Below are positions 41,606 to 50,878 of a stretch of DNA of 64,000 nucleotides, in pieces. The notes under the pieces are model-generated. The model was not told the origin of the DNA and did no database searches. It saw only the letters and a list, made by a program, of their open reading frames with translations. The translations under genes and the position numbers were made by a program. This DNA is from Spirochaetia bacterium (GTDB taxonomy: Bacteria > Spirochaetota > Spirochaetia > SZUA-6 > Bin103). The stretch spans positions 4,128,001 through 4,192,000 of the forward strand of contig OZ241863.1 of the NCBI GenBank assembly GCA_965203055.1. The letters run 5' to 3'. Positions within the stretch are counted from its first letter, which is position 1. The number at the start of each line of letters is the position of its first letter.

Positions 41606-41880
41606 TGGGATTCACCGGCCGGCTGGAGGCCATGCCGGCACATGGCGTCGCGCGCGCGGGCGATTTCCGCTGCCAGGAGTTCGTCCTCGGGTGGGGTGGT
41701 TTGGTACTCGGCGGTCAGCACGTGGTTCGGCAGGCCGTTGAGCGCATAGGAGGCGACCGCGGCACTCTTCTGAGCATAGAAGATCGAGCCTTCGGGGTGG
41801 ATCAGATTCTCCAGACACCGTCTGGAGAATTCATTCATGGGGGAGCAGGCAGATTTGCCAGACAGTGTCTGGCAAATCTG
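41559..41880. repeat. Three related long palindromes with core CCAGAC-N3-GTCTGG
   Basis: 41559-41585 GATTTGCCAGAC-GCT-GTCTGGCAAATC; 41806-41830 ATTCTCCAGAC-ACC-GTCTGGAGAAT; 41850-41880 CAGATTTGCCAGACA-G-TGTCTGGCAAATCTG. Confidence 0.9.
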
Positions 41881-42096
41881 ATCTATCCGAAAAGAGAGAT
41901 AGAATTGGCGCATCTGCTGAATGTTCTGACGTGAAAAGCCGCGCCCGAACCGTTGCGTCAGATCCACCGCGAGTCTGGCGAGGAGCGCGGCGCCGTATGC
42001 CTCCACGATGCGCTGGCCGATCATCCAATAGGCGGCGGTCATGGCCGCGTTTACCGACCGGACAGCCGCGCTGTCGTTGATCGTCTCAGCGTCCAC
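41602..42096 (-). pseudogene. Internally deleted DUF1016/YhcG gene
   Basis: N-terminal VNAAMTAAYWMIGQRIVE...FGRGFSRQNIQQMRQFY joined almost directly to the C-terminal YALNGLPNHVLTAEYQT. The central nuclease region is absent (164 aa). Confidence 0.75.
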
Positions 42097-42926
42097 GCGT
42101 TGCGTCCTTCCAGAGTCGGACCGTGAAGCGGTACTCCTCGGCGATCAGGTCGGGCTCGGTACCGTTGTGGGCCTTCATCCCGGGGATGATCTTGTTGCGC
42201 ACTCCCATGCCGCGGCCATCGACGTATCCGTAATCGCGCATGACGTTGACCAGAAGCGGATTGTGGGCAAACCGGGTGCCCAGCTTCATGTCCTCGGGGG
42301 GTACGATGTTGGGACGCCGGACGGGGGCTCAAGATTTCCAGGCGGTTGGAGTATATGACCAGCATGACGTCGGTGCCGGCGATGCTGTAGTCGCGGTGGA
42401 TGAGCGCATTCGCCACCGCTTCGCGGATCACCTCTTCCGGGTATTCCGAACCGTCGCCCCGCCGGGGGCCGTCGAGCCGCGCGGCAGGCGTCGTGTTGCG
42501 GCGTACGAAGTCCCACGCCTGATCCACCAACCCCGGCTCCAGCGGCAGTCCATCCTGGGTGCGAAGCGGGGTCATCGGTCCGCGCAGATCTTCGTCGGCG
42601 CGGACCGCCTTGCCCGGCTGCTCGCCGGGGTAGCAGATCGCCCGAATGCCAGATTGCGCCAGCCAACGCTTGGGGTTCGTTCCGAACAGGAGCATCCCGG
42701 CGATGGTCGCGATCGGCTTCTCCATTACGGTCGTGGCCATGTTCCAGTTCGACAGCACGGCCCACCATGCGCCGGGATCGTCGCCACTCGGAGCATCGTC
42801 CGCCAGTACGGATGCGGCGTACTCGTGCAGGCGGCGGAGATCGAACGTACCGATCTCCGCAAGTGGGGCCGTCGGCACCGGCTTCAACGTATAGCGAGCC
42901 AGATCCGGGTATGTTGTTCTGTTCAT
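42086..42926 (-). pseudogene. Truncated, frameshifted ATP-binding (RecG C-terminal/HATPase-like) regulator
   Basis: YPEEVIREAVANALIHRDY...RLEILSP in one frame and PNIV...HNPLLVNVMRDYGYVDGRGMGV in another. Frameshift at about 42315-42327; N-terminal domain missing. Confidence 0.75.
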
Positions 42927-45900
42927 GGTGGCGGGGACGCTCCGTAGGGGATGATACCACGTTCGCGGATTTCCATGGGCGGCTGCAGGGCGTCGATGCT
43001 CAGCCAGTAGTGCTGGACCTTCATCACCTCGCGCCACGGGAAGCGGGCGGGGTCGCGGACCGGCTCCTGCAGCGTGGGGGCGGTGGCGCAGTCGGTGACC
43101 ACGTACAGCCAGTAGCAGTCGGGCCGGTCCTCGGCGACGCGGCGCTCGTTCGGAGTGAGCAGGATGCTGCCGGCCGCGCCGGCCAGTCCCTTCACCTCGA
43201 TCAGGCGCAGCTCGCCCGATTGCAGGTCCAGGCTGGTCACGTCGTAGCCCAGGTTCTTCTCGTGCACGTCGTAGACCTGCCGGCCCTCCGCGGCCTCATG
43301 CCGCATGACGGTCCGCATCGCCGTCAGCTCGGTCTCGGGATCGGGGCGCAGCCGGCGCACCGCCGCGGCGTCCCGTTCCGGGTGGGGCAGGATCAGCGCG
43401 CTGGCCAGCCGTTCGACCGCCTGCAGGGTGACCGCCCGCTGCCGCCCCGACTCCTCGCGGCGGCGCTCGCGGCGCGCCAGCAGCTCGGCGTGGCGCGCCT
43501 CGGCCTGGGCCAGGCGCCCCTCGGCGCCGGCGGCCTCGTGTTCCGGGTCATCGGCGGCGCGGCCGATCTCGTGATCGACGCGCTGCAACACCTCGGTCAG
43601 CGCCAGCTCGACGTGGCCGGCGACGCGGTCGACCTCGGCCACGCGCTCGGCGCGCACCTCGTCCAGGAACGGCGCCAGCGCGCGCTCGTGGAGCCAGCCG
43701 GTCGCCTCCGGGAGGGACGCCGCGGCCGGCAGCTCGGCGGGAGCGGGCGCCGGGCTCAGGTTGCCGAGCAGGTCCGGGCCGCGCAGGCGCGGCTCGCCGC
43801 CGGCGGTCAGCTCCACCGCGAACAGCCGTTCGTGGATCACGCGGCCCAGGCCGTCCACGATGCGCGCGCGGTAGCAGTCGAGGCGCGCCGGCGCGGCGTG
43901 CGCCAGCGAGTGGAAGCAGGCGCCGCGGCTGCAGGCATCCTGCCCGCGCGCCAGGCTATGCCGGCGCAGCGCCTCGAACAGCGGATGGCCGGGGGTGACC
44001 CATTCCAGCGCCTGCCGCTCCGCGGTGTCGCGGTCGGTGGTGAGCCGCGGGTAGCGCGCGGCCAGCGCCGGCAGCTTCCAGTCCGGGTCGCGCTCGTGGC
44101 GGCGCAACGCCGCCGGCGTGCGCCCGGGATCGAAGGTATGCGCCATGCCGCGCACCGGCCGCAGCGGCAGGGCCGCGCCGCCGGCGCACTCGGCGATGAA
44201 GCGGGCGATCGTCTCCGGCACCACCCGCCGCTCCTGCGCGCGGGCGCGGCGCTCGATCAGCAGGTCCAGGTTGAGCTTGCGGGCGGCCAGTCCTTCCAGG
44301 GCGGTCCGGCAGATCGACCGGAAGCGCCCCTCGTCCACGTCGCGCAGCAGCCGCTCCTCCAGGTCGGCGTCGCCCAGCTTGCCGGCGTAGTAGTCGCGCA
44401 GCACGCGCTCCACCTGCGCGGACGGCAGCACCTCGCCCACCACGTTGAACACCGCGTCGTCGTCGAGGGCGTCGCGGATCTCCCGGAGCCTGTCCAGCAG
44501 CCGCCGCAGCACGCGGCCCTCGATGGTGTTGGCCGCCACGAAGTTGAAGATCAGGCAGTCGCGCCGCTGCCCGTAGCGGTGGATGCGGCCCATGCGCTGC
44601 TCCAGCCGGTTCGGGTTCCACGGGATGTCGTAGTTGAACAGGATGTGGCAGCACTGCAGGTTGATGCCTTCGCCGGCCGCCTCGGTGGCGACCAGCACCT
44701 GGATCTCGCCGTCGCGGAACCGCTGCTCGGCGTGCAGCCGCGTCCCCGGTTCGTCGCGCGCGCCCGGCTTCATGCCGCCGTGGATGCAGCCCGCGGCGAA
44801 GCCCCACGCCGTGAGCCGCTCCAGCAGGTAATCGAGCGTGTCCCGGAACTCGGTGAAGATCAGCAGCCGCTGGCCGGGCCGGTCGAAGAACCCCTCATCC
44901 CGCATGATCGACCGCAACCGGCGCAGCTTCGCCTCGCTGCCCGCGGCTTCGACCGCCTGCGCCTGCCGCGCCAGGCCGCGCAGCTCGGCCGCTTCCTCCC
45001 GCACCTGCGCGGCGTTGCCGGCCAGCGTGACCGCCTCCAGGATGCGCTCCAGCCGTTCGCGCTCGGCGTCTTCGAGCTCGTCGAGCTCATCCTGGTCGGG
45101 AAGCTGCGGCGGCGCCGCGCGCAGCAGCTCGCGGGCGCGGCTCAGTCCCTCCTCCAGGCGCCGCGCCCGGTTTTCGAGCGACCGCCGCAGGGCATGGGTG
45201 CTCGACGCCAGGCGCCGCTGGTACAGCGCCATAAGGAATCCCACGGCGCGCGCCCGCGGGTCGTCGTCCTGCGCCGCGGCGCGGGCGCTCTGCCGTTTCA
45301 CGAAGCGCGTGACCGTGCGGTAGAGCTCGTGCTCGGCGCCGTCGATGGCGAAGCCGGCGGTACGCGCGATGCGCTTGGTGAATACCGGCCGGGCAGTCCA
45401 GGCGCCGTTCTCCTGCCGCTCCGGGAAGTAGACCATCGCCTCCTTGGTGCGGCGCAGGTAGAACGGGGCGCGCCGCTGCTCCATCGCCCGGCGGATCGAG
45501 GTCACGTCGGCGTAGGCGTCCCGGTCGAGGAGCTGCAGGAACAGCGTGAAGTTGCCGGCGTCGCCCTTGTGCGGGGTGGCGGTCAGCAGCAGCACGTGAT
45601 CGGCGCGGTCGCGCAGCAGCTCGCCCAGCCGGTAGCGCTGGCTCTTGTGGGTCTCGTCCCGCGCCGACATGCGGTGCGCCTCGTCGACGATCACCAGGTC
45701 CCAGCGCACCTGCGCCAGTCCGGGCAGGATGTCGGCGCGCTTGGCCAGGTCGAGCGAGGTGATGACCTGCCGCTGCTCCAGCCACTGGTTGACGCCGAAC
45801 TGGCCGCGCAGGTCGGCGCCCTTCAGCACGACGAACCGCTCCTCGAACTTCTCGTTGAGCTCGCGCTGCCACTGGAACGCCAGGTTCGCGGGGCCGACCA

Positions 45901-46405
45901 CCAGGATGCGTTCGATCAGGCCGCGCAGCTTGAGCTCGCGGATCAGCAGGCCGGCCATGATCGTCTTGCCGGCGCCGGCGTCGTCGGCCAGCAGGAAGCG
46001 CACGCGCGGCAGCTTGAGGAGGTGTTCGTAGACCGCTTCGAGCTGATGCGGCAGGGGGTCCACCCGTGAGATCGACAGCCCGAAGTAGGGCTCGAACTCG
46101 TAGGCGATGCCGAGCGCGTAGGCCTGCAGGGCGAGGCGCAGCAGCCGGCCGTCGCCGTCATAGGAGCGGGCGGCGTCGGCGATGGTCAGCGCGGCGAGGT
46201 CGGCCGCGGTCAGCGTGACCCGCCGGAACCGCTCCGACTGCCGGCCGACCAAGCCCGCGATCCAGGTGTCCGGCCCGTTCGAACGCACCGTCTCCACCAG
46301 CATCGGCTCGCTGAACAGCGGGCCGCTCAGAATCTGTCCTTCCCGGATGGCGGAGATGGCGGCCGCGGAGCTTGCGGTCGATGGCACGGAGGGAGTATGC
46401 CCCAT
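42923..46405 (-). CDS. SNF2-family helicase with C-terminal DUF3883 nuclease-like domain
   Basis: PLPHQ, LLADDAGAGKT, IVDEAH, LTATPH, ATEAAGEGINLQ, QRMGRIHRYGQ. C-terminal GYDVTS...IEVKG. Start uncertain. Confidence 0.92.
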   Translation of the reverse strand: MGHTPSVPSTASSAAAISAIREGQILSGPLFSEPMLVETVRSNGPDTWIAGLVGRQSERFRRVTLTAADLAALTIADAARSYDGDGRLLRLALQAYALGIAYEFEPYFGLSISRVDPLPHQLEAVYEHLLKLPRVRFLLADDAGAGKTIMAGLLIRELKLRGLIERILVVGPANLAFQWQRELNEKFEERFVVLKGADLRGQFGVNQWLEQRQVITSLDLAKRADILPGLAQVRWDLVIVDEAHRMSARDETHKSQRYRLGELLRDRADHVLLLTATPHKGDAGNFTLFLQLLDRDAYADVTSIRRAMEQRRAPFYLRRTKEAMVYFPERQENGAWTARPVFTKRIARTAGFAIDGAEHELYRTVTRFVKRQSARAAAQDDDPRARAVGFLMALYQRRLASSTHALRRSLENRARRLEEGLSRARELLRAAPPQLPDQDELDELEDAERERLERILEAVTLAGNAAQVREEAAELRGLARQAQAVEAAGSEAKLRRLRSIMRDEGFFDRPGQRLLIFTEFRDTLDYLLERLTAWGFAAGCIHGGMKPGARDEPGTRLHAEQRFRDGEIQVLVATEAAGEGINLQCCHILFNYDIPWNPNRLEQRMGRIHRYGQRRDCLIFNFVAANTIEGRVLRRLLDRLREIRDALDDDAVFNVVGEVLPSAQVERVLRDYYAGKLGDADLEERLLRDVDEGRFRSICRTALEGLAARKLNLDLLIERRARAQERRVVPETIARFIAECAGGAALPLRPVRGMAHTFDPGRTPAALRRHERDPDWKLPALAARYPRLTTDRDTAERQALEWVTPGHPLFEALRRHSLARGQDACSRGACFHSLAHAAPARLDCYRARIVDGLGRVIHERLFAVELTAGGEPRLRGPDLLGNLSPAPAPAELPAAASLPEATGWLHERALAPFLDEVRAERVAEVDRVAGHVELALTEVLQRVDHEIGRAADDPEHEAAGAEGRLAQAEARHAELLARRERRREESGRQRAVTLQAVERLASALILPHPERDAAAVRRLRPDPETELTAMRTVMRHEAAEGRQVYDVHEKNLGYDVTSLDLQSGELRLIEVKGLAGAAGSILLTPNERRVAEDRPDCYWLYVVTDCATAPTLQEPVRDPARFPWREVMKVQHYWLSIDALQPPMEIRERGIIPYGASPPP

Positions 46406-46557
46406 CCATCGCAAAGATGCCGTCCGGCGGCACCACCGCAACCGCCACGGCAACACTGGCAGAGGGCGGCTACGATCGGTACCAGAACCTGTATTGGGCG
46501 CGCCAAACGCTGTACGGCAAGCAGCTTCGGGTTCAGGTAGTGGAAGGGTGAGTCAGG

Positions 46558-47721
46558 TCACTCACGGTCGAACAGGCTTCCGGTCACCACCTGCAGCAGC
46601 CGTTCCCGTATCGTTCGGCTGGAGGCCGCCAGATCGACGGTGGCGAAGCGCACTTCGTGGCCCTGGATGACCGCGGCTTCGTAGACGCTCCCCCGGACTG
46701 ACGGGTGCAGCAACATTCCGGTCGCGCCGAGCGACCGCGGATCGTCCGGTCGCTCCTGCGACCGGACGTAAGCGTATATCTGGTAGAGATGTCCACTGTG
46801 GAACGTCTCTTTCCCGTAATGGCCCGACGCCACGATCGACGTGAACTTGGTGTCGATGATGATTCGGCGGTCGCGGGATTCGAGCACTATGTCGGCCGTC
46901 ATCGACGGGAGGAGCGCACTCAGTCCGGATGTGCCGCCTTCCACCTGCCAATGCATCTGCCTCCCTGTCCGGGTGGTCCACTCCGATGGCGGCAACACCA
47001 CGTCGTAGAAGCCGCCCACCGCCGCTTCGAACAGCCTCCGCGCCCAGTGCTCATCGCGGTCGGGCGAACGCAGATACGCTCCGCCGGCGGTCTCGGTTGG
47101 CAGCGCGAGGCTGAAGGCGAGTTCGGCCGCGGCCATCATGGTCCGGTCCTCCGGGTCCATGCGTCCCCGCAACTCGGCGGCGGCGCCGCTCCGTCCGCGC
47201 GGGCTGGCCAGAGCGGGGTCGGAGCTCACGCCGGCGGCCTCCAGGCGGGCGCCCGCGGCGCGGCACCGGGAAGCCAGCTCCGCCGTGCCGACCACCGGGA
47301 CCAACTGCTGCGCGGCGGCCCGTACGTACCGATTGCGCGGCGTGTCGACCGTCAGTTCCTCGTACCGGCAGGCGACTCGGCCCCGCCGCAGCAGGTGACG
47401 CCGTTCGGTGCGCAGCAGGTCGATGCGGCCGCGCACGCGCCTCAGGTCCGCGCTGGTTTCCTGGAATGCGAAGCTCAGGTTGCGCCGCAGCCGCCGCTCG
47501 ATGGCGCGGGTAAGGAGCTGCGCCACCAGGTCGGGGAGCTCATCCGGGTTGTCCTCGACGGCGACCCGCCGAGCCGGCGGCAGCTCCCGGTAGAGACGGG
47601 AGGCGTACAGCATCAGCAGCCAGAGGTTGCGGATCGGAATCCGGCCGACGTTGCCGCGGCCAGCGGCGACTGCCGGCTCACTCGCGGCGGGCAGCGCCGC
47701 CTCCGTACCGTCGGCCGCCAT
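46558..47721 (-). CDS. mcrC: McrC 5-methylcytosine restriction component
   Basis: IPIRNLWLLMLYA, LFEAAVGGFY, ADIVL...IIDTKF (PD-D/ExK), HLYQIYAY. TGATG coupling to mcrB. Confidence 0.9.
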   Translation of the reverse strand: MAADGTEAALPAASEPAVAAGRGNVGRIPIRNLWLLMLYASRLYRELPPARRVAVEDNPDELPDLVAQLLTRAIERRLRRNLSFAFQETSADLRRVRGRIDLLRTERRHLLRRGRVACRYEELTVDTPRNRYVRAAAQQLVPVVGTAELASRCRAAGARLEAAGVSSDPALASPRGRSGAAAELRGRMDPEDRTMMAAAELAFSLALPTETAGGAYLRSPDRDEHWARRLFEAAVGGFYDVVLPPSEWTTRTGRQMHWQVEGGTSGLSALLPSMTADIVLESRDRRIIIDTKFTSIVASGHYGKETFHSGHLYQIYAYVRSQERPDDPRSLGATGMLLHPSVRGSVYEAAVIQGHEVRFATVDLAASSRTIRERLLQVVTGSLFDRE

Positions 47722-49865
47722 CAGAGGTCCGCGAGCAGGTGCTTCTCCCGGGCATCGGCCTTGTCGGGCTGGTCGAACCAGTATTCGCGGAGCAGCGGCC
47801 CGATCTCCGTTTCGACCACCTCGCGGTACCACGCTTCCGGGCTGGCGATACGGGTCTCCGGCGCGACCGTAAGATAGCTGTGGCCCACCCGAAACTGCCT
47901 GCCCAGACTGGCGTCCGCCGAGATTGCTTCGTTCAGCGCATCCATTCGGTCGGCAACGTTCCCCAGGAAGCTATCTTCGAAGCCTCCTTGATCCCGCATC
48001 CACCGGCGCCATGACTCGCCGAAGACCGGCTCCAGATCGACGAACGCGAACCGGCGGCGCAGCGCCAGATCGACCAGGGCCAGCGACCGGTCGGCGACGT
48101 TCATGGTGCCGATCAGATAGACGTTGGGCGGAACGTGGACCCGCTCGCGTTCATCACGAGGAAAGGCGAGCGCCAGCGCCTCGTCCGGCGTCCGCTTGTC
48201 GGCCTCCAACAAGGTGAGCATCTCGCCGAAGATCTGCGCCGGGTTCCCGCGATTGATCTCCTCGATCACCATGACGTAGGCGTGTTCGGGATCGTTCCGC
48301 GCCTCCTCCGTCAACTTCAGGAGCGGCCCGTTGGTCAGTTCCAGCAGTCCCTCGACCGGACGATGGCCGCGCACGAAGTCCTCGTATGACAGGTTGGGAT
48401 GAAATTGCAGATGGCGGATTCGGCCCTCATCCTTGCGGCCGAGCAAGGCGAACGCCAATTTCTTGGCCAACCAAGTCTTGCCCGTCCCCGATGGTCCCTG
48501 CAGAATCAGGTTCTTACGAGTCCGCAACCGGCGGAGCACCTTGTCGAGCGCTTCCCGTGGAAGGAAGCAGCCATCGGCGAGAATAGCGTCGATGGTGTAC
48601 TCGGCGGGCGGTGGTGGCGGCTCTGGATCGCGGCCATCACCGTCGTGCGTCGATTGCCCGTTGTCAATTGGTTTGGAGTCGTTTTGGTTATACGCTGACC
48701 ACGTCAATTCCGGGAACGAGCGGACCGGAGTGTCCGGTTCACGGAATCGCCCCAGCAGCCGGTCCCTCAATTCCAGGTATTCCCGGGCATTTCCGGGGAG
48801 GACACCTTCTCCCAGTCTATCCTCGATATACTTGAACGAGCTCTTGTCCAGCGAAGGGAAGCTCCCCGGACGAATCCAGTAGAGGCCCATGGTAAGCTTG
48901 GGGACACCGACCTGCTTTACGGTCAGTGCGTCGTCGTAGGACCGTACGAATGCCTCGCGAAAACGTTCATCGTCCATGTCGGCGACTTCTATTGCGTCAG
49001 AAAACAATCTCCACAAAGCGTCGATATCGCCAGGTTTGCGATCTCTGGTGTGGCCGAAGAACCGAACGTTCCAGTTATTCGCCAACGGTATTCCATCTAT
49101 TTTCCAATCCAACGCAGGAGTCGGTTCCTGTACTCCGAGAAAGGTCGCCAACTCGCTGGCGATGCTCCGGCGATTGGCGTCCTTTATATTTCTATTGACA
49201 AGTCCAATGGTCGTAAAGGGACAGATATCCTGAAGGGGACTGGGGCCATCGTCGAATTGGTCGAGCGGGAAAGGGCGACTGAGCCGAGCGGAAATCGCAT
49301 GCAGCTCGGCGATCAGAGGACCGCGGTCGTCCCGGTATTGCAGCAGCTTGTCAGCTATCTCGGAGAAGAACTCAGTCCATCTAAACCGACCCTTATCTAT
49401 CCAGTTTGGCGATTTCAGGAAGCTCTCGACGTCCTGTTGCTCGCCGTCGAGCGCGAACCGGACCAGCGCGGCCGATGCTCCCGACGAGGGCTGAACTTTC
49501 CAGATCGTCCTGTGATGGGTGTAGAAGTACCACTCTCGCGGCGGACGCACCGGCTTCCAGGCAACTTTCAATCGGCGGCCGTCGCCCAGGTTCTCCGTGA
49601 CTTCGCCGACGGCCTTGATCTTCAGTGCCGAGACCGGTACTCCACGATTGTCGAACGGCAACCCCTGCTTCCGTGTGTACGTCGACTTGATGACGATCCG
49701 GTCGCCGGGCCGGACCGACTTGACCTCATCGAGGTAACGATCGGTATCTCCGTTTTCCCACACCCCTTCCGCCAGGAAACGCTCGGTCTGATCCGGCGGC
49801 TCGTGGTCGTGCCACGTAGCCCCGACGAACCAGACCGGACGCTCTAGCGTCGTGGAGTGATCCAT
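47721..49865 (-). CDS. mcrB: McrB family AAA+ GTPase
   Basis: LQGPSGTGKT, QFHPNLSYEDF, IEEINRG, McrB signature MNVADRS, ALRRRF, GHSY. Confidence 0.92.
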   Translation of the reverse strand: MDHSTTLERPVWFVGATWHDHEPPDQTERFLAEGVWENGDTDRYLDEVKSVRPGDRIVIKSTYTRKQGLPFDNRGVPVSALKIKAVGEVTENLGDGRRLKVAWKPVRPPREWYFYTHHRTIWKVQPSSGASAALVRFALDGEQQDVESFLKSPNWIDKGRFRWTEFFSEIADKLLQYRDDRGPLIAELHAISARLSRPFPLDQFDDGPSPLQDICPFTTIGLVNRNIKDANRRSIASELATFLGVQEPTPALDWKIDGIPLANNWNVRFFGHTRDRKPGDIDALWRLFSDAIEVADMDDERFREAFVRSYDDALTVKQVGVPKLTMGLYWIRPGSFPSLDKSSFKYIEDRLGEGVLPGNAREYLELRDRLLGRFREPDTPVRSFPELTWSAYNQNDSKPIDNGQSTHDGDGRDPEPPPPPAEYTIDAILADGCFLPREALDKVLRRLRTRKNLILQGPSGTGKTWLAKKLAFALLGRKDEGRIRHLQFHPNLSYEDFVRGHRPVEGLLELTNGPLLKLTEEARNDPEHAYVMVIEEINRGNPAQIFGEMLTLLEADKRTPDEALALAFPRDERERVHVPPNVYLIGTMNVADRSLALVDLALRRRFAFVDLEPVFGESWRRWMRDQGGFEDSFLGNVADRMDALNEAISADASLGRQFRVGHSYLTVAPETRIASPEAWYREVVETEIGPLLREYWFDQPDKADAREKHLLADL

Positions 49866-49876
49866 GTCAATTCCTG

Positions 49877-50872
49877 CTAGTCCCACTCCAGGGAGCCGGC
49901 AGTCTGGTATTCGGTTACCCTGGTCTCGAAGAAGTTCTTTTCCTTGTTCAGGTCCATGGTCTGACCCATCCACGGGAACGGGTTGGGTGTTTCATACTGG
50001 CGCGGCAGGCCGATCCGCTCCAGCCGGCGGTCGGCGATGTACTCCACGTAGTTCGCGAACTGCGCGGCGTTGATGCCGAGCAGCCCCTCGGGGCAGGCAT
50101 CGTGCGCGTAGGCCTGTTCGAATTCGACCCCGCGCCGCACCAGGCGGATGGTCTCGGCCTGCAGCTCCTCGCTCCAGGCCGCCGGATATTCCTGCTTGAT
50201 GGTATTGATCAGGTCGCAGCCGAACGCCAGGTGCACGCTCTCGTCGCGCATGATGAACTCGAACTGCTCGCCGATGCCGACCATCTTGCCCTGCCGCTTG
50301 AGGGCCAGCATCATCGCGAACCCGGCGTAGAAGAAGATGCCCTCCATGATCAGGTAGTAGCCGATCAGGTCGCGCAGAAAGCGCTGCACGTCGTCGGTGC
50401 CGGCGGTGGTGAACGCCGGATCGAAGATCGAGTGGGTGAGATCTATCACGAAGCCATCCTTCTCGCGGATGCTGGGGATGGTGTGATACATGGTGTAGAT
50501 CTCCTCCGGGTCGAGGCCCAGGGAGTCGCAGCAGTAGATGAAGGTGTCGGTGTGGATCGCTTCCTCGAACGCCTGGCGCAGCAGATACTGGCGGCACTCC
50601 GGGTTGGTCACGTGGCGGTACACCGCCAGCACGATGTTGTTCGCGGTCAGCGATTCGGCGGTGGAGAAGAACCCCAGGTTGCGCAGGATCAGGCGGCGTT
50701 CGGTCGCGCTGAGCACGTCGTCGGCCTTCCACTGCTCGACGTCCTTCTGCATGGAGACCTCTTCCGGCACCCAGTTGTTGGCGACGCCGTTCTTGTAGTA
50801 CTCGCGCGCCCACGGGTAGCTCAGCGGCAGGATCTTGTTGGGGTCGGTAGCGGTCGCGCTGAGGATGGCCAT
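49877..50872 (-). CDS. nrdB: Ribonucleotide reductase beta subunit, class Ic (R2c)-type
   Basis: NNWVPEEV, GFFSTAESL, EEAIHTDTF, MEGIFFY, RDESVH, NFFETRVTEY. Confidence 0.95.
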   Translation of the reverse strand: MAILSATATDPNKILPLSYPWAREYYKNGVANNWVPEEVSMQKDVEQWKADDVLSATERRLILRNLGFFSTAESLTANNIVLAVYRHVTNPECRQYLLRQAFEEAIHTDTFIYCCDSLGLDPEEIYTMYHTIPSIREKDGFVIDLTHSIFDPAFTTAGTDDVQRFLRDLIGYYLIMEGIFFYAGFAMMLALKRQGKMVGIGEQFEFIMRDESVHLAFGCDLINTIKQEYPAAWSEELQAETIRLVRRGVEFEQAYAHDACPEGLLGINAAQFANYVEYIADRRLERIGLPRQYETPNPFPWMGQTMDLNKEKNFFETRVTEYQTAGSLEWD

Positions 50873-50878
50873 TCGGGT

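Larger units (their letters stand above)
27073..49865 (-). mobile_element. Defence island (restriction-like backbone + cargo + McrBC); no integrase seen
   Basis: 13 co-directional, often overlapping defence-type genes or pseudogenes with patchy GC content, between the tRNA-Leu region and nrdB. Confidence 0.75.

Noticed and set aside
41559..41880. Palindromes as CRISPR repeats or intrinsic terminators
   Set aside because: Spacing is irregular (about 220 and 19 bp), there are no U-tracts, and they lie within coding remnants.
24355..49865. tRNA-Leu-anchored integrative element
   Set aside because: No integrase, and I saw no duplicated tRNA 3' end by eye. Housekeeping-like qor and SRPBCC genes intervene. 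A computational att search is needed to exclude it fully.
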